In this document: positions 21,471 through 32,472 of the stretch, in pieces
Layout: each line of letters opens with the position of its first letter
Numbering within the stretch: the first letter of the stretch is position 1
Assembly: GCA_918797485.1 (NCBI GenBank)
Contig: CAKKNE010000003.1
Coordinates: 2,852,001 to 2,916,000 of the forward strand
DNA length: 64,000 bases
DNA from: Pelagomonas calceolata
Taxonomy: Eukaryota
Reading direction: 5' to 3'
Program-made: the position numbers and the translations under genes
Notes under the pieces: generated by a model
Told to the model about the DNA's origin: nothing
The model's input: the letters and a program-made list of their open reading frames with translations, nothing else
Databases searched by the model: none

Positions 21471-22916
21471 TTACTCGCCCGCGGCGGCCTCGCCGACGCC
21501 AGATAAATCAGACTCGTTCGCCCCGAAGCAGATGCCCAAACAAGCGGCGCGAAAATCACCTTTCAAACTCTTCTCGAAGCGCCCCTGCAGGGGCTTGTCC
21601 GGGAACAGCTCGTCGTGGCGCTTCGCAATTTTAAAAACGAAGTTCTTGTCGTGGCGGCCCAAGACCCTTGATAAAGCCTTCTCGTCGACGCCGTCGAAGC
21701 CACCTCCTAAAAATCCTGCTTTCAGCGCGTGGTCGATGACGATCGCGCCGTAGGTCACGGGCTCGTGCAGCCTCGATAGCAACAGCATCCTGAGGTTGCT
21801 TCGGCCGTTCTCGCTCTCCCACATACTATCAAAACGTTTGTCTGTCCTAACCTTCTCGACGACGTCCTCGCCTCCATAAAGTTCGGCGTACTTCTTCTTC
21901 AGCGCTCGGATATCCGCCGCGGACGCCTCGGGCAGAAACCCTTCCAAAGGGGCGACGCAGTCCTCGGAATCCGGCTCCAGTCCATCATGGATGGAGGTAG
22001 CGTACATCTCGATGACGTCGTTGTCCTCCGGCTTGTCGCCTTCTCGTCGCGTGGGAATGGCGTCCACAAATGCTAACAATAACTCAGAGTACTTGCCCGA
22101 CGTGTCGCCGTCGACGGCGCTCCGCAGGTCCTTCCCGTACTTCTCCTTGAAGTTGTCTGAGGCATATTTCAGTTCAAAGGCCGACCGTGTCCCGAGCACC
22201 TCGATGAGCTGCCCGTCGTTCGTGCCCCAGCCCGCCATGCTGTCGTGCAGGAACTCCACATCCAAATCCTCGGAAGGTGTCAAGAGACACCTCACGAGGT
22301 ACGGCAAAGGCGAGTCCCAGAGGAACCCAGACAGCTCCGACTTGAGCACGGGCAACAACGCCTTGCCGTGCTTCGCCTCGTACTCCTGCGCGATACCTAG
22401 GAGTTGCTCCTTGGATCGCGCCGTCAAGACATCGAGCAGCATCCGTTCGTTCGTGCCCCACCCAGCAATAGCTCGTTCGATCCGTTCCACGTCGCGCCCG
22501 CAGTTGAAGGCGTTGATCTGCCTAATGTCACAAGCTAACAACTGGTGCATCTTGCCCAGCTTCAACCCCTCGGCGACGGCCTGGAAGTACTGGCCCTTGA
22601 GCTCCTCGACCTCCTGGCTCTTCTGCGCGATCTCCGCGTCGAGCTGGGCATTCTCCTGCTCGATCTGCGCGTTCTCGCCCTCGTAGTAGGCGTTCTGCTC
22701 GTTGTGGGCGGTCAGCTCCGCCTCCAGCCCGGCGATGGCCGCGCGGAGCGCCGCCTCCTCCGGATCGACGGCGGGCTCGGGCTCGGCGGCGGGCGTCTCG
22801 GGCGCGGGCTGGCCGAGGAGCTCGGCCTTCTTGGCCTCGAAGTCCGCCTCCGTAATAATACCATCGTCCAAGAGCTGCTTCGTGTCGCGCAGGGCTTGTA
22901 CTGTGGCCGGGTCCAT
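21471..22916 (-). CDS. Annexin with N-terminal SHOCT-like motif and coiled coil
   Basis: GWGTNE..LLDVL, GWGTND..LIEVL, GVDEKAL annexin repeats. N-terminal LLDDGIITEADFEAKKAELL. Confidence 0.88.
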   Translation of the reverse strand: MDPATVQALRDTKQLLDDGIITEADFEAKKAELLGQPAPETPAAEPEPAVDPEEAALRAAIAGLEAELTAHNEQNAYYEGENAQIEQENAQLDAEIAQKSQEVEELKGQYFQAVAEGLKLGKMHQLLACDIRQINAFNCGRDVERIERAIAGWGTNERMLLDVLTARSKEQLLGIAQEYEAKHGKALLPVLKSELSGFLWDSPLPYLVRCLLTPSEDLDVEFLHDSMAGWGTNDGQLIEVLGTRSAFELKYASDNFKEKYGKDLRSAVDGDTSGKYSELLLAFVDAIPTRREGDKPEDNDVIEMYATSIHDGLEPDSEDCVAPLEGFLPEASAADIRALKKKYAELYGGEDVVEKVRTDKRFDSMWESENGRSNLRMLLLSRLHEPVTYGAIVIDHALKAGFLGGGFDGVDEKALSRVLGRHDKNFVFKIAKRHDELFPDKPLQGRFEKSLKGDFRAACLGICFGANESDLSGVGEAAAGE

Positions 22917-23290
22917 CCTGGATGCCGGTTGCTCCGTCGATCAATGCGGTGGCGTGGGGTGCGGCTCCGTCCGAGCGAGGAGGGCTCCCTCCGTAGACGC
23001 TGCCGCCCAGTCCTGGCCGTGGCGGCGGGCCTGGGGCTGCCGGAGATGGGCACGCAAGCCTGGCGCTGGGAGATGCTTGGATTTTGGAATTCGCGCGAGA
23101 CGCGCGCATGCGTCGTCGCGGAGGGGTCGGGTCCGGCGACGGATCGCGGGAGCCTTTGGAGCGGACGCTCGAGGCTCTCCGTGCGGGCACAACACAAGAG
23201 AGGCTCTGCCCAAGCAAGGAAACAGTGCGCCGCAGCACGCCAGTCGCCAAGAGAGGCTGCCCACAACAAGGAAACAGTGGCAGTCTAGCC

Positions 23291-24205
23291 ATGCACCTCT
23301 CCCCGGAGTTCACCCAGGACAGCGCCCTGGCCGCGGCCGTCGGAGGCATGGGCATCGGCGCCGTGGCGACGATCTTCGCGCAGACGAACCAGCGCCTCCT
23401 GCCGTCGGCCACGCCGGACGCCGAGGTCTGGACCGGCATGGTGGCCGGCGCCTTCGCGTTGGTGTCGAACCCGTTCTTCGCCCTCGTCGACGACGCGTCT
23501 TTTGAGGGAGATTCATTACGGGGCCTGGGCCTCGTGAGACTCGGCGTCGCTGGGTTGTTAGTGGGGGCGGGTTCAAAAATGGGTGCGGGCTGCACCTGCG
23601 GCAACGGCATCCAGGGCCTGGCCTGTTTCTCCAAGGCGAGCTTTGGATTCGTCCTGGTGTTCATGGCCACGGGGGGCCTCGCCGCGTACCTGGTGGGAAA
23701 CGACTTCGCGCCAGCGGCATCATCAGGGTTCTCGTGGCCGCTCGCGCGCGCCGTCGCGAGTGTCGCCGTCGCCCAGTTCTTCACGCGGACGAACAAAAAA
23801 GTGAGCAACGTGTTGGGGGGCTGCGGCTTCGCCGCGTCGCTCGTGCTTGCGGCGATGGTGAAACCGTCGAAGATCGAGGGTTTCCTGCACTTCTCGGCGG
23901 CGCGGGGCTGGGACCCGTCGCTGGCCTTCGTCATGGGCGGCGCGCTGCTCGTCGTTGGTGTGGCGTGGCGCGTCCTCGGGCTCGTGGACCTGCCGCCGAT
24001 GCGGGCCTACGCGGGCCGGCCGCTCGACGCGAAGACGCTCGTCGGCGGCGCGTGTTTTGGCGCGGGCTGGGGCCTCGGCGGGCTGTGCCCGGGCCCCGGC
24101 GTCGTGAGCGTCGGGACGGGCTCACTCCCGGCCGCGGTGTGGCTCGGGGCGATGGTCGCCGGCCGCGGCCTCGCGAGTACGGCCCCCGCCGCGAAGGCGA
24201 GCTAG
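23291..24205 (+). CDS. YeeE/YedE-family sulfur-compound transporter
   Basis: LVGAGSKMGAGCTCGNG, MVKPSKIEGFL..WDPSLAFVMGGA, FGAGWGLGGLCPGP. Confidence 0.9.
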   Translation: MHLSPEFTQDSALAAAVGGMGIGAVATIFAQTNQRLLPSATPDAEVWTGMVAGAFALVSNPFFALVDDASFEGDSLRGLGLVRLGVAGLLVGAGSKMGAGCTCGNGIQGLACFSKASFGFVLVFMATGGLAAYLVGNDFAPAASSGFSWPLARAVASVAVAQFFTRTNKKVSNVLGGCGFAASLVLAAMVKPSKIEGFLHFSAARGWDPSLAFVMGGALLVVGVAWRVLGLVDLPPMRAYAGRPLDAKTLVGGACFGAGWGLGGLCPGPGVVSVGTGSLPAAVWLGAMVAGRGLASTAPAAKAS

Positions 24206-24481
24206 GGAGTAAATTTACGCGCGGCCCGAGTCGCATTGGTGGCAGCGGTACCGGAGGAGTCTCCCACGGCTACTCGCAAGTAACAGACGCTTCCGCGCCC
24301 CGCACCTTCAGCGCCTTGAAACTTGGGGAGAGCGGGCTGCCCTTTGCTCCCCGGGCGCGGGTCGACGCGTCGTGGGCTTCGCTTCGGGCTGCCGCGAGAC
24401 AGTCCAGCAGCCAGAGCGCACGACAGCCCCTTCAAGGACGCCTCGTGGGCTTAACTTTGGGCTGCTTAAAAGGCTGGAACC

Positions 24482-26155
24482 ATGGGCTGCATCTCGAGCG
24501 CGCCCGTCGAGCCCGAGGGCGACGAGTTCGAGGGCGACCCCCTCGCCGACCTCAAAAGGAGGAAGCGCGATTTAGAGCAGGAAGTCAAGGGCGCCCAGGA
24601 GTACGGCCAGGCGCTGCTCGCGTCGCAGGCCGAGCTCTTGCAAGCCCAAGCGCAGAAGGAAGCAGACAGGAAGAAGTACTATCGGGAGCACGCCTTCCTG
24701 TGGCGGGCCGTCGAAGTCTGTCAACGAAGATGGTCCGACGCCGATCACATGGTCGGCTGCGACGAGCACGCTCTGGAAGTCTATAAGCGCCACGTGATCC
24801 ATACGGACTACAAGGAGATTGTCGAGGCCTGCAAGGGCATGGGCTGCGATGAAAAACGCATCTCCAAAGTCACGAACGCGCGGACGCGGCACCAGCTGCA
24901 GGACATGCAGAATCTCGTGGAAGCGGAAAGCGGCGTGTCGATCTTCAAGATGATCCGCGGCGAGTCCTGGTCCTTCTGGACGCAGTTAGATGACGGGCTG
25001 TCGGACTTTGCGCGCTTGTGCACGTGGCGCATGATGCCCGACGCGCGGCAGACGGCCTACTTTTTACAGAGGAAGATGGGCGGCTTCTTCTCCGATCCCG
25101 CGGCGCTGTGTGAGATTTTATCTACTCGGACCAATGAAGAACTGCGAGCCGCGGCCCAAGTCTACGAGAAGGACACGGGCAAGTCGCTGAGCGACGCGTT
25201 GAAGCACGCGACGGGCGGCACGTTGTACACGGGCGACTACGGGAAGTGGATCGCGCGCCTCGCCGAATTTGACCGCGAGGAGGGCTGGGCCGGGAGTCCG
25301 CAGCAACTCGAGGACGAGGCCCATCGCCTGTACAAGGCCTGCGAGGCGAATCTGATTTCGACCGACGAAGGGCCCTTCCTCGAAATCCTGGCCAAGGCGT
25401 CGCCGGAGCACATCGCGTACCTCGAACAGGCCTACGAGAACCACCCCAAGACGAAGCGGTCGCTGAGAAAGACGCTCGAGAAGGGTCTCAGTGGGAACTT
25501 CCGGACGGCTCTACTCGCGCACTGCACGCCGAAATGGGAGTTCCTCGCCCATAGATTACACGTCGCTACAAAAGTCGAAGATTTGGTAGACACGGGCACG
25601 GACGAGGAGATCATTTGTAGAATTCTGGCCTCTTGCAGCAAGAACGACATCTTCTACAACCTCATCCCGACCTACGACCAAATGTACGCCGAAAAAGATA
25701 AAAAGGACTTTCAAGCCATGATGAAGAGCGAGTGCAGCGGCGACTTCCTCCAGGCGATCCAGGACGTGACTACATCTTACCCTCCGTGCGGTCATCTGTT
25801 AGAACCCGAACGGGCCACCTACGAGGGCACGACGGACGAAACGCGGGATTTGGCCTACCAGGCTCTACAAATGACGTACAACTACGAGACGGCCGGGGAA
25901 CTAGGTGCGCGCTACGACGCGCTGGTCGAGGCGACGGCGTGGGATTTGCCGTTTCCCACGGAGGGTATCGATTCGGCGTTGTGCCCGGTCCCCGACACGG
26001 AGCCGGGCTACTCCGCCCAGCAGTACATGTTCAACACGCCCGTCGGCGCGGGGGCCGTCCCGAATTCCGTCGTTGAGAAAGTTATGCAGGCGCCGCCGGT
26101 GCCCATCGACAACCTCATTGTGAGGTCCCAGCCCTACACGACGGAGGGCTGGTAG
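24482..26155 (+). CDS. Annexin, probably N-acylated (MGCISS)
   Basis: KGMGCDEKRI, EILSTRTNEEL, STDEGPFLEIL, GTDEEIICRIL..SECSGDF. Confidence 0.88.
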   Translation: MGCISSAPVEPEGDEFEGDPLADLKRRKRDLEQEVKGAQEYGQALLASQAELLQAQAQKEADRKKYYREHAFLWRAVEVCQRRWSDADHMVGCDEHALEVYKRHVIHTDYKEIVEACKGMGCDEKRISKVTNARTRHQLQDMQNLVEAESGVSIFKMIRGESWSFWTQLDDGLSDFARLCTWRMMPDARQTAYFLQRKMGGFFSDPAALCEILSTRTNEELRAAAQVYEKDTGKSLSDALKHATGGTLYTGDYGKWIARLAEFDREEGWAGSPQQLEDEAHRLYKACEANLISTDEGPFLEILAKASPEHIAYLEQAYENHPKTKRSLRKTLEKGLSGNFRTALLAHCTPKWEFLAHRLHVATKVEDLVDTGTDEEIICRILASCSKNDIFYNLIPTYDQMYAEKDKKDFQAMMKSECSGDFLQAIQDVTTSYPPCGHLLEPERATYEGTTDETRDLAYQALQMTYNYETAGELGARYDALVEATAWDLPFPTEGIDSALCPVPDTEPGYSAQQYMFNTPVGAGAVPNSVVEKVMQAPPVPIDNLIVRSQPYTTEGW

Positions 26156-26183
26156 TCTACTAAATACATTTACCGCCAAAGCA

Positions 26184-27197
26184 TCAGACCACGAACGTGT
26201 CCCCCGCGACCTGGATCACGCGGTGGTGCGTCTCGCCCGCGAGCGGCACCGGCCGCAGGAGGTGGGCCGTCGACGGTTTTACGGGCGTCGCCGGCCCGTC
26301 GGAGTCGAAGGACACCTCCGAGGCGCGCGACTCGGCGCGCATGAGGTAGGCCGGCTGCGGGGCCGGCTGCGTCGCGAGGTCCAGCGCGAGCTCGCCCGGG
26401 TCGACGGGCGCCGGCTTTAGGGGAGGCGGCGTCCGCGGCGAGCGCGGCCGCGCCGCCAGGTCCAACGCCTCGCGCAGCGCGGCGATGGTCTCGTCGCGCT
26501 CCTCGAGCTCCGTCTCGAGTTGGGCGATGGCCCGGCCGCGCTCCGTGCCCATGAGGCACCGTAGCTTCTTCTCGGCCGCCTCGAGGCGCTCTAACACTTC
26601 ATTATGTACCTTCGCATCCACGGTGTCATCCAGGGCGACGTCTTCCATGTTGTTCTCGAGCTCCTCAATACGTTGTCGGTAGAGCTCGCACTTCTCCCGC
26701 AGCCGCTCGCGCTCGCCGAGGGCCTCCAGCGCCTCGGCCCGGCCCGCCGCCTTCGCTGCGCTGATAGCCTCCTCGAGTCTGTTCGAGCCGACCCAGTCAC
26801 CGTCGCTCGCGTCCTCCTCGACGGGCGCGCCGAGGCGGTCGAGCGCGGCGTCTAATCTATCATCGACCTGCCGCCGCTCATGATCGGCGTCGCGCGCGGC
26901 GGCCGCGGCCGCGGCGGCGGCCTTCAAAGCAGCTCTGAGCTCCGCGGCGCTCGCCGTCTCCTGCGTAGACGCCTCGACGCACCGGCCGAGGCGCGCGTCG
27001 ACGACTAGACTCAGCTCGCGCCGCGCCGCGCGCAGCTGCTGGGCCTCGCCCCAGGCGCTCGTCGTCCGTTGGAGCGGCGGCGGCTGCGCCGGGCGGCCGC
27101 CGAGGACGCCCTCGAGGAACGCCTCCTCCGTCTGCTGCAGGGGGTGCGGGCTGAGCGTGTCCTCCTCGAAGCCGCCGACGCCCGAACCGCCGCCCAT
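26184..27197 (-). CDS. Hypothetical coiled-coil protein
   Basis: Heptad-rich frame; ATG at 27197 (MGGGSG); CTAG-box upstream. Confidence 0.55.
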   Translation of the reverse strand: MGGGSGVGGFEEDTLSPHPLQQTEEAFLEGVLGGRPAQPPPLQRTTSAWGEAQQLRAARRELSLVVDARLGRCVEASTQETASAAELRAALKAAAAAAAAARDADHERRQVDDRLDAALDRLGAPVEEDASDGDWVGSNRLEEAISAAKAAGRAEALEALGERERLREKCELYRQRIEELENNMEDVALDDTVDAKVHNEVLERLEAAEKKLRCLMGTERGRAIAQLETELEERDETIAALREALDLAARPRSPRTPPPLKPAPVDPGELALDLATQPAPQPAYLMRAESRASEVSFDSDGPATPVKPSTAHLLRPVPLAGETHHRVIQVAGDTFVV

Positions 27198-27393
27198 GAT
27201 GGCCGCGCGCTGTGAGCGCACCGCGGCGACGCGTCGGCTGCCCAAGTGCCCCTCCCTAGGTAAAGTTGTAAACGCCGGCGATGGCGTCGGGCGCAGCAAA
27301 ACTGTGAGCAGCAACGCCAAGTGAATTTGCGAAAGCAACTCACGCAGCGGTGCCGTAACACGACGATTTGACGCAACAGCTTGCCTTTGCCTT

Positions 27394-27417
27394 GCTAGTG
27401 TCTTTATAGACGCTAGC
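27394..27417 (+). promoter_or_regulatory. CTAG-box element in divergent gap
   Basis: GCTAGTGTCTTTATAGACGCTAGC. Confidence 0.7.
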
Positions 27418-28024
27418 TATCGCTGCACGGCAAAAATTCATTTACAAGCCGTTGATTTCCGCATGGCTGGCGACGGCGCGCTCGACGCGCACGCGTTTGT
27501 GTCATAGCCAGTGTCCGCGGCCGCGGCCGCGAAGCGAGTGTGCTTTGTTTTTGTTTTTTTTAGATATCATAGATAGACGGTTCACGAATTTATTATTATT
27601 ATTCTACTACTGGTCGTCTTCCGTCTTATAAGATGGGCACGTCGGCTGGCGCAATACTAGGGGGCATCCTCGTCTCCCGGGTCCCAGTCAGAAGGCGGCG
27701 GACAAAGGTGAACGGTCCACCTCGGTAGACTGGCCATCGACTCACACAATTTTTATAGCTTCAGGGATTTGACGCGTTAACGCCGGTTGGAGAAATGATG
27801 ATTTTATTAGATACACCCGAGTCGGTAGGACGGTCTACGGTCTACACTGGAGCGCAGAGTAACCCGACTTGCAGGCGAAGCTAGTGTGTCTGGTCGCTAG
27901 GTCCCGGCTTTTTTTGGCGCAGCGAAGCCACCGAAGAGGACCACCTGCAGATCAAAATTCGTCACTGTTCGTTGCGAACGACTCCTACAAAAAAGATCCG
28001 CACGCTGCTGCGGTACCGTCAGCA

Positions 28025-30032
28025 ATGTACTCTCTAAGGGAGGCGACATTAGCAATGCTGGTCTGGTCGCTTTGCGTCGGCAGCGCGATGGCCAAGTACG
28101 GGGGCCTTGGCATCTTCGTACAACATGGTATGAACAGGACTTCATACGTGTCGCGCCTCGTGGCGGCCATGCCGTGGACGGCGTTCACGGCCATGTGCGC
28201 GCTCGTCGGGGGCCACATGCTGTCCATAAAGACGTGGGCGTCGCAGCGCGACCGCGGCGTGTCCACCGTGGCGCGCGACTTCAGCATGAGCACCGGGGCG
28301 CTCACGACGGACTTAAACGACCTCAAAGAGCGCTGGACGAAGCGCGGCGTGTTAGGTTGGGCCGCGCGCCAGACTGTCTTTTTGTTATTACACTCGGGAG
28401 CCATCCTCTACAATTTCACCCCGGGACCGCTCGTCGACACCTTCGGCGGGGCGGTCGTGGACTTCCTCTTCGCGTGCCTCATGTCCGCGATTGTGTTACA
28501 CGTTCAAGGCGAGATCACCCTCAAGCGGCGGAAGACGTACGCCGCGGCGTGCTTCCACGGCTGCGTGATCCTCCTGACCATGACGTTCGGCTTCATATAC
28601 TTCGACCTGAACCACCAGCCGGTTGTGAACGCCCTCGCTGTGGCAGTGGTGAGAGCGGTGATGCACGGGGACTTGATCGAGTTCAAGATCACGGTGATCT
28701 GCTGCTTCGTGGAGATGAAGCGGGTCTCGACGTGGATCTACAACGCCGCCGTCTACCTCCCTCGCTTCAAGGCCGTCGCTAGAGTGATCGTGCCCGAGTC
28801 GCAAGTAAACGACGACGACGACGACGACGACGACGATGCAGGCGCAAGTATCAGCAGTGTTGTCATTGGCGGCGTTGTCGGCGGCGGCGACGGCCGAATT
28901 ACCTTCAGCTCCAATACCTTAGACCGCCTCGCCACCCAAGGCCGCGTGGGCGAGAACAAGGCTCGCGAGATCGTCTGGGACTCGGAGCAGAGCAAGAAGG
29001 ACGTCGCACACGCAATCTCTTTGAAGGGTTCGTTGCCTCCGTGGCTCCAGCCCGAAACCTTTAGCCAGGCCGGCCTCCTCCGCGCGCTCAACACGAAGTA
29101 CGCCAAGTGCGAGCGCCGCGCGGCCTTGCTTTTGCAGGAGAGCCCGCAAACCGACCTCGTCGTGCGCGCGAGCGGGCGGCGCGCGCTCGTCTTCCGCCTC
29201 CGGGAGCCGCGCCTGAACGTCAAGTTAGCTCCGTTAATTGTTGTGGACGACGTGCCGAATTATGTTCCCGAAATGCACAGCATGGACGCGGCGCGCTTCT
29301 TGGCGCACTACTGCTGCATACGGACGACGTCGATGTTTCTCTTGTTGGCTTTGGTCCACGCCATGCGCGAGGACTACGACTCCGAGCTGCCGCCGTGCAT
29401 CAGCGGCGGCTGCTGGGAATTAGATAGGTTCCGGTTCTCGGAGCGGGAGGTGAAGGACCTGCCCGACTTCGTACGGCGCTACAAGCAATTTATTGACGTC
29501 TGGTGGCCAGCAGTGTCCAAATCAAACGGAGTCCGCGCCGCAACGCGACGGCTCTTCGAGCGGAAGCGCCGCGGGTGTGACGTGCTGCGCGTCGATGACG
29601 TGGCGCCACGTCTCCGCGGGGGCGCGGCCCTGCGACGCCGCGCGTGCTGGAGTCGCGGGAACTGCGCCACGAGGAAAGAAGACCGCGCGCGCGACGGCCC
29701 TTCGACGCCGATCGGAACGGTCACTTGGATGTACGCACAGGTGGCCCGCCCTCATCATCGGCCTCCCCTACGAGGTGGCCTTGTTCCAAGCGAGCGCTGT
29801 TGACGGCCGCTACGTCCTCGTCGAGGGCTCTCTGGCCTCGCGGCGCGGCAGCACGGACGTCGAGCTCCCGGCCTTCCCGGTGCAGGTGACGCCGTACGAC
29901 GCCTACTCCGCGTACACCGCCTCCACCGTCCCCGCCGCCGAGCGCGCCCTCAACATCGAGGCCTTCCGCGAGTGCCTCGTGGAGCGTTCGGACGCCGAGC
30001 TCATCAATGGCGTGCGCGAGCACTTCGCGTGA
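28025..30032 (+). CDS. Multi-pass membrane protein of unknown function; probable intron 29575-29740
   Basis: Several hydrophobic segments and a poly-Asp tract. A phase-compatible GT (29575)..CAG (29740) joins the frame to WPALIIGLPYEV, which ends at 30032. Confidence 0.5.
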
Positions 30033-30113
30033 GTGATCCCGGGGCATATTGTGGTAAGGTGAGATGAGTGGCAGCCAGTATGCCTGCCAGTTAGGGCAGC
30101 CTCATTTGTAATT

Positions 30114-30137
30114 GCTAGTGTCTTACCTGCCGCTAGC
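30114..30137 (+). promoter_or_regulatory. CTAG-box element upstream of the sulfotransferase-like gene
   Basis: GCTAGTGTCTTACCTGCCGCTAGC. Confidence 0.75.
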
Positions 30138-30363
30138 TCGCTTGCAGGCGCAGCGGCGCACTGCGTGCATTCAAGCCCACAGCAGTCGCGGAGGACAGCA
30201 ATTGCTGTCTTTGGTGCGGACGCGCTGTGGCGGACATCGCTGCCCAGGTCTACACACTAAGACAGTGTAACTAAACTCTCGTTTTGGGACGACTGCGGAA
30301 CAATGTGGACCACCCACACAATGCTGCGGCAGCGCTACGGCTCCTAAAACTGCGTACACCACG

Positions 30364-31623
30364 ATGCCGCAGCAGCAGCAGCAGCGCGTCTGCACGCCGA
30401 TGGTCGTGGTGGCCTTCGTCATCGGCTGCCAGGTCGCCGTCATGGTCATGCACGCGGGCCGGCACGACGCGCACGTCGCGCGCGAGGGGGCGTCGTGGCG
30501 GCCGAGCGACTTCGCGGCGCCGGCCGTGCCGCTGCCGACGGAGCGCAGCGCAGCTGACAGCACACAACAAAAGACGACGCTCTCGGCCGCCGAGGAGGAA
30601 TTAATACAAGGATTACCGACGGCCGCCGAGCGCGCCGAAGCTAGGAAGATTTTTGAGGAGCGGCTCCAGGGCCCGCTCGCGTTTGGGAACGCCCTCGAGA
30701 GCAGCGTCGAGGACGACGACGAGGCCGATTCTATACCAGACTTTTATGGGAAGCCGGCGATTTTGGGATTGGAAAGATGTGCTGCATTTCGAGAAACAAC
30801 ATCAGAATTCAGAAGGGCGGCGACGGCCGGTCTGTTCAACACGGGTACCAACTTACTAACAAACCTCGTGAGGAAGAATTGCGTCGTGGACAAGGCGTGC
30901 CCCGAGAAAATGCCTCAAAAGCAGAAGATGGCCATGATGGCGCGCGGCGAGTGCATTGGCTACCCCTTCCAGGTGCCCTGGGGCAAGCACAACCCTTTGC
31001 ACTTTCGCGGGCGGCACGTCGTTGATAGATTGGATCATTTCAACATTTCTGAAGTTTTACCAGCGGTCTTGGTGAAAGACCCGCTGACCTGGGCGCGGAG
31101 CATGTGCCGCACGCCCTACGCGGCTAGATTCGGTAGAGGTAGTTGTTGTCCTTCGCCCTTGGATCCGAATCGCTTACGTGCTATGAGGAACGTGACCGTC
31201 AATTTTAAAAAAGGATTCCCCATGGAACGGTACGCCCATTTGCTGGATTTTTGGAATTCCTGGTACGCTCAGTACTACAATACTGCGATCCCGCGGCTGA
31301 TCGTGCGGTACGAAGACTTACTCTTCGCTCCGAAGCGCACGGTGCGCGCCGTCTGCGAGTGCGTCGGCGGCAAATTGAGGAGGGACTTCGACTCGTTTTC
31401 GGATGCGGCCAAATTCGGGCGGGGCCACGGGGGCGGCGACGGCACGGGCCGGGCCTCGGCTCTTTCGAGGTACGCGTCGGAGGCGACGCGCTACGCGAAT
31501 TTGGATGAGAATGATTTGGCCTTTTATACGAAAAGCGCCCATCCGGACCTCGTGGACCGGTTTCATTATGAAGCGGACGATGCGAGGCGGCGCGCGGTCG
31601 ATTCCAAGGCGTGCCCTAGTTAA
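30364..31623 (+). CDS. Type II membrane sulfotransferase-like (P-loop) protein
   Basis: N-terminal TM segment; AGLFNTGTNLL (PAPS-binding-like), WGKH, VKDPLTWARSMC, IVRYEDLL. Confidence 0.8.
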   Translation: MPQQQQQRVCTPMVVVAFVIGCQVAVMVMHAGRHDAHVAREGASWRPSDFAAPAVPLPTERSAADSTQQKTTLSAAEEELIQGLPTAAERAEARKIFEERLQGPLAFGNALESSVEDDDEADSIPDFYGKPAILGLERCAAFRETTSEFRRAATAGLFNTGTNLLTNLVRKNCVVDKACPEKMPQKQKMAMMARGECIGYPFQVPWGKHNPLHFRGRHVVDRLDHFNISEVLPAVLVKDPLTWARSMCRTPYAARFGRGSCCPSPLDPNRLRAMRNVTVNFKKGFPMERYAHLLDFWNSWYAQYYNTAIPRLIVRYEDLLFAPKRTVRAVCECVGGKLRRDFDSFSDAAKFGRGHGGGDGTGRASALSRYASEATRYANLDENDLAFYTKSAHPDLVDRFHYEADDARRRAVDSKACPS

Positions 31624-31896
31624 CCTTATTTTGTTTTTATCGATTGGTTCGTGCGTGGACTTGGCCTTGCCGGAGGCATCGACTAATGTGTAGACTCAGT
31701 CTTAGTCACCATATCTGAGGCGGGGAGGAGAGAGGAGGAGGAGAAGGAATGGCCCCGCGGAGTGCAGGCGCATCTTTCGCCGGGTAGAATCGTTGTAGCG
31801 AGTCTTGAGCTTCATCGGCCAGGTCGACGACCCAGACCTTCTTGCCGCTCTCTACACTACTTCTTCTTAACTTGGAACCGCCCGTCGAGTAGAGGC

Positions 31897-32039
31897 CTGT
31901 GTGGACATCGAATGTCAGGCGCCCCGCCACCGACGCGACGTCGTCCCCGTGACCGCGTCAGCTCGATGGCGTGGAGACTTTACGCTATCGATGCGACGTT
32001 GTCCCCGTAAACATAACTCACTGGTTGATTTCCACACAG
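31897..32039. mobile_element. Introner-like TIR element (copy 2, more diverged)
   Basis: CTGTGTGGACATCGAA...CTGGTTGATTTCCACACAG. Flanks GTAGAGGC/GCACAGGC are a degenerate TSD. The interior aligns by eye with copy 3. Confidence 0.8.
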
Positions 32040-32472
32040 GCACAGGCAGTCCCGATACGGGTCGTAGACAGGCCCAATGCCAAGGCAATTGCCTGCAAAA
32101 CAAGAATCGGGCTAAGGTACGGATGAGCTGGAGGTTTGCCTCGTCGGGACCTCCTCCGAGCCGTGGCTGACACCTGGTAAGAGCTAGAAGCGAAACAAAA
32201 ATGTGGGTGGTACTATACTGTATAGAGTATAGTACCCCTAAAAGTATGTTGCCTCTTGCTCTGACTGCTTCCTTGAGCGCTGCAAACGCACCGCCCAGGG
32301 CCAGACGAACTGACAGGACCATCTCAAAAATATCCTTGCTCGACGCGAGGCCGGTCGACCTGCACTAATGGCTGCGCGTCGGAGCCGCCGCGAGACGTCG
32401 CGCACGTCCAATTCAAATCCAGTAATTCGACACTAACGGGGACCCCGGTGGGTGGCTATTGTAAATATAATA

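Noticed and set aside
27540..27860. AT-richer intergenic stretch as a possible ncRNA or TE end
   Set aside because: No recognisable tRNA/snRNA fold, TIR or second copy in the window.
28811..28837. (GAC)n microsatellite
   Set aside because: Ordinary poly-Asp coding tract.
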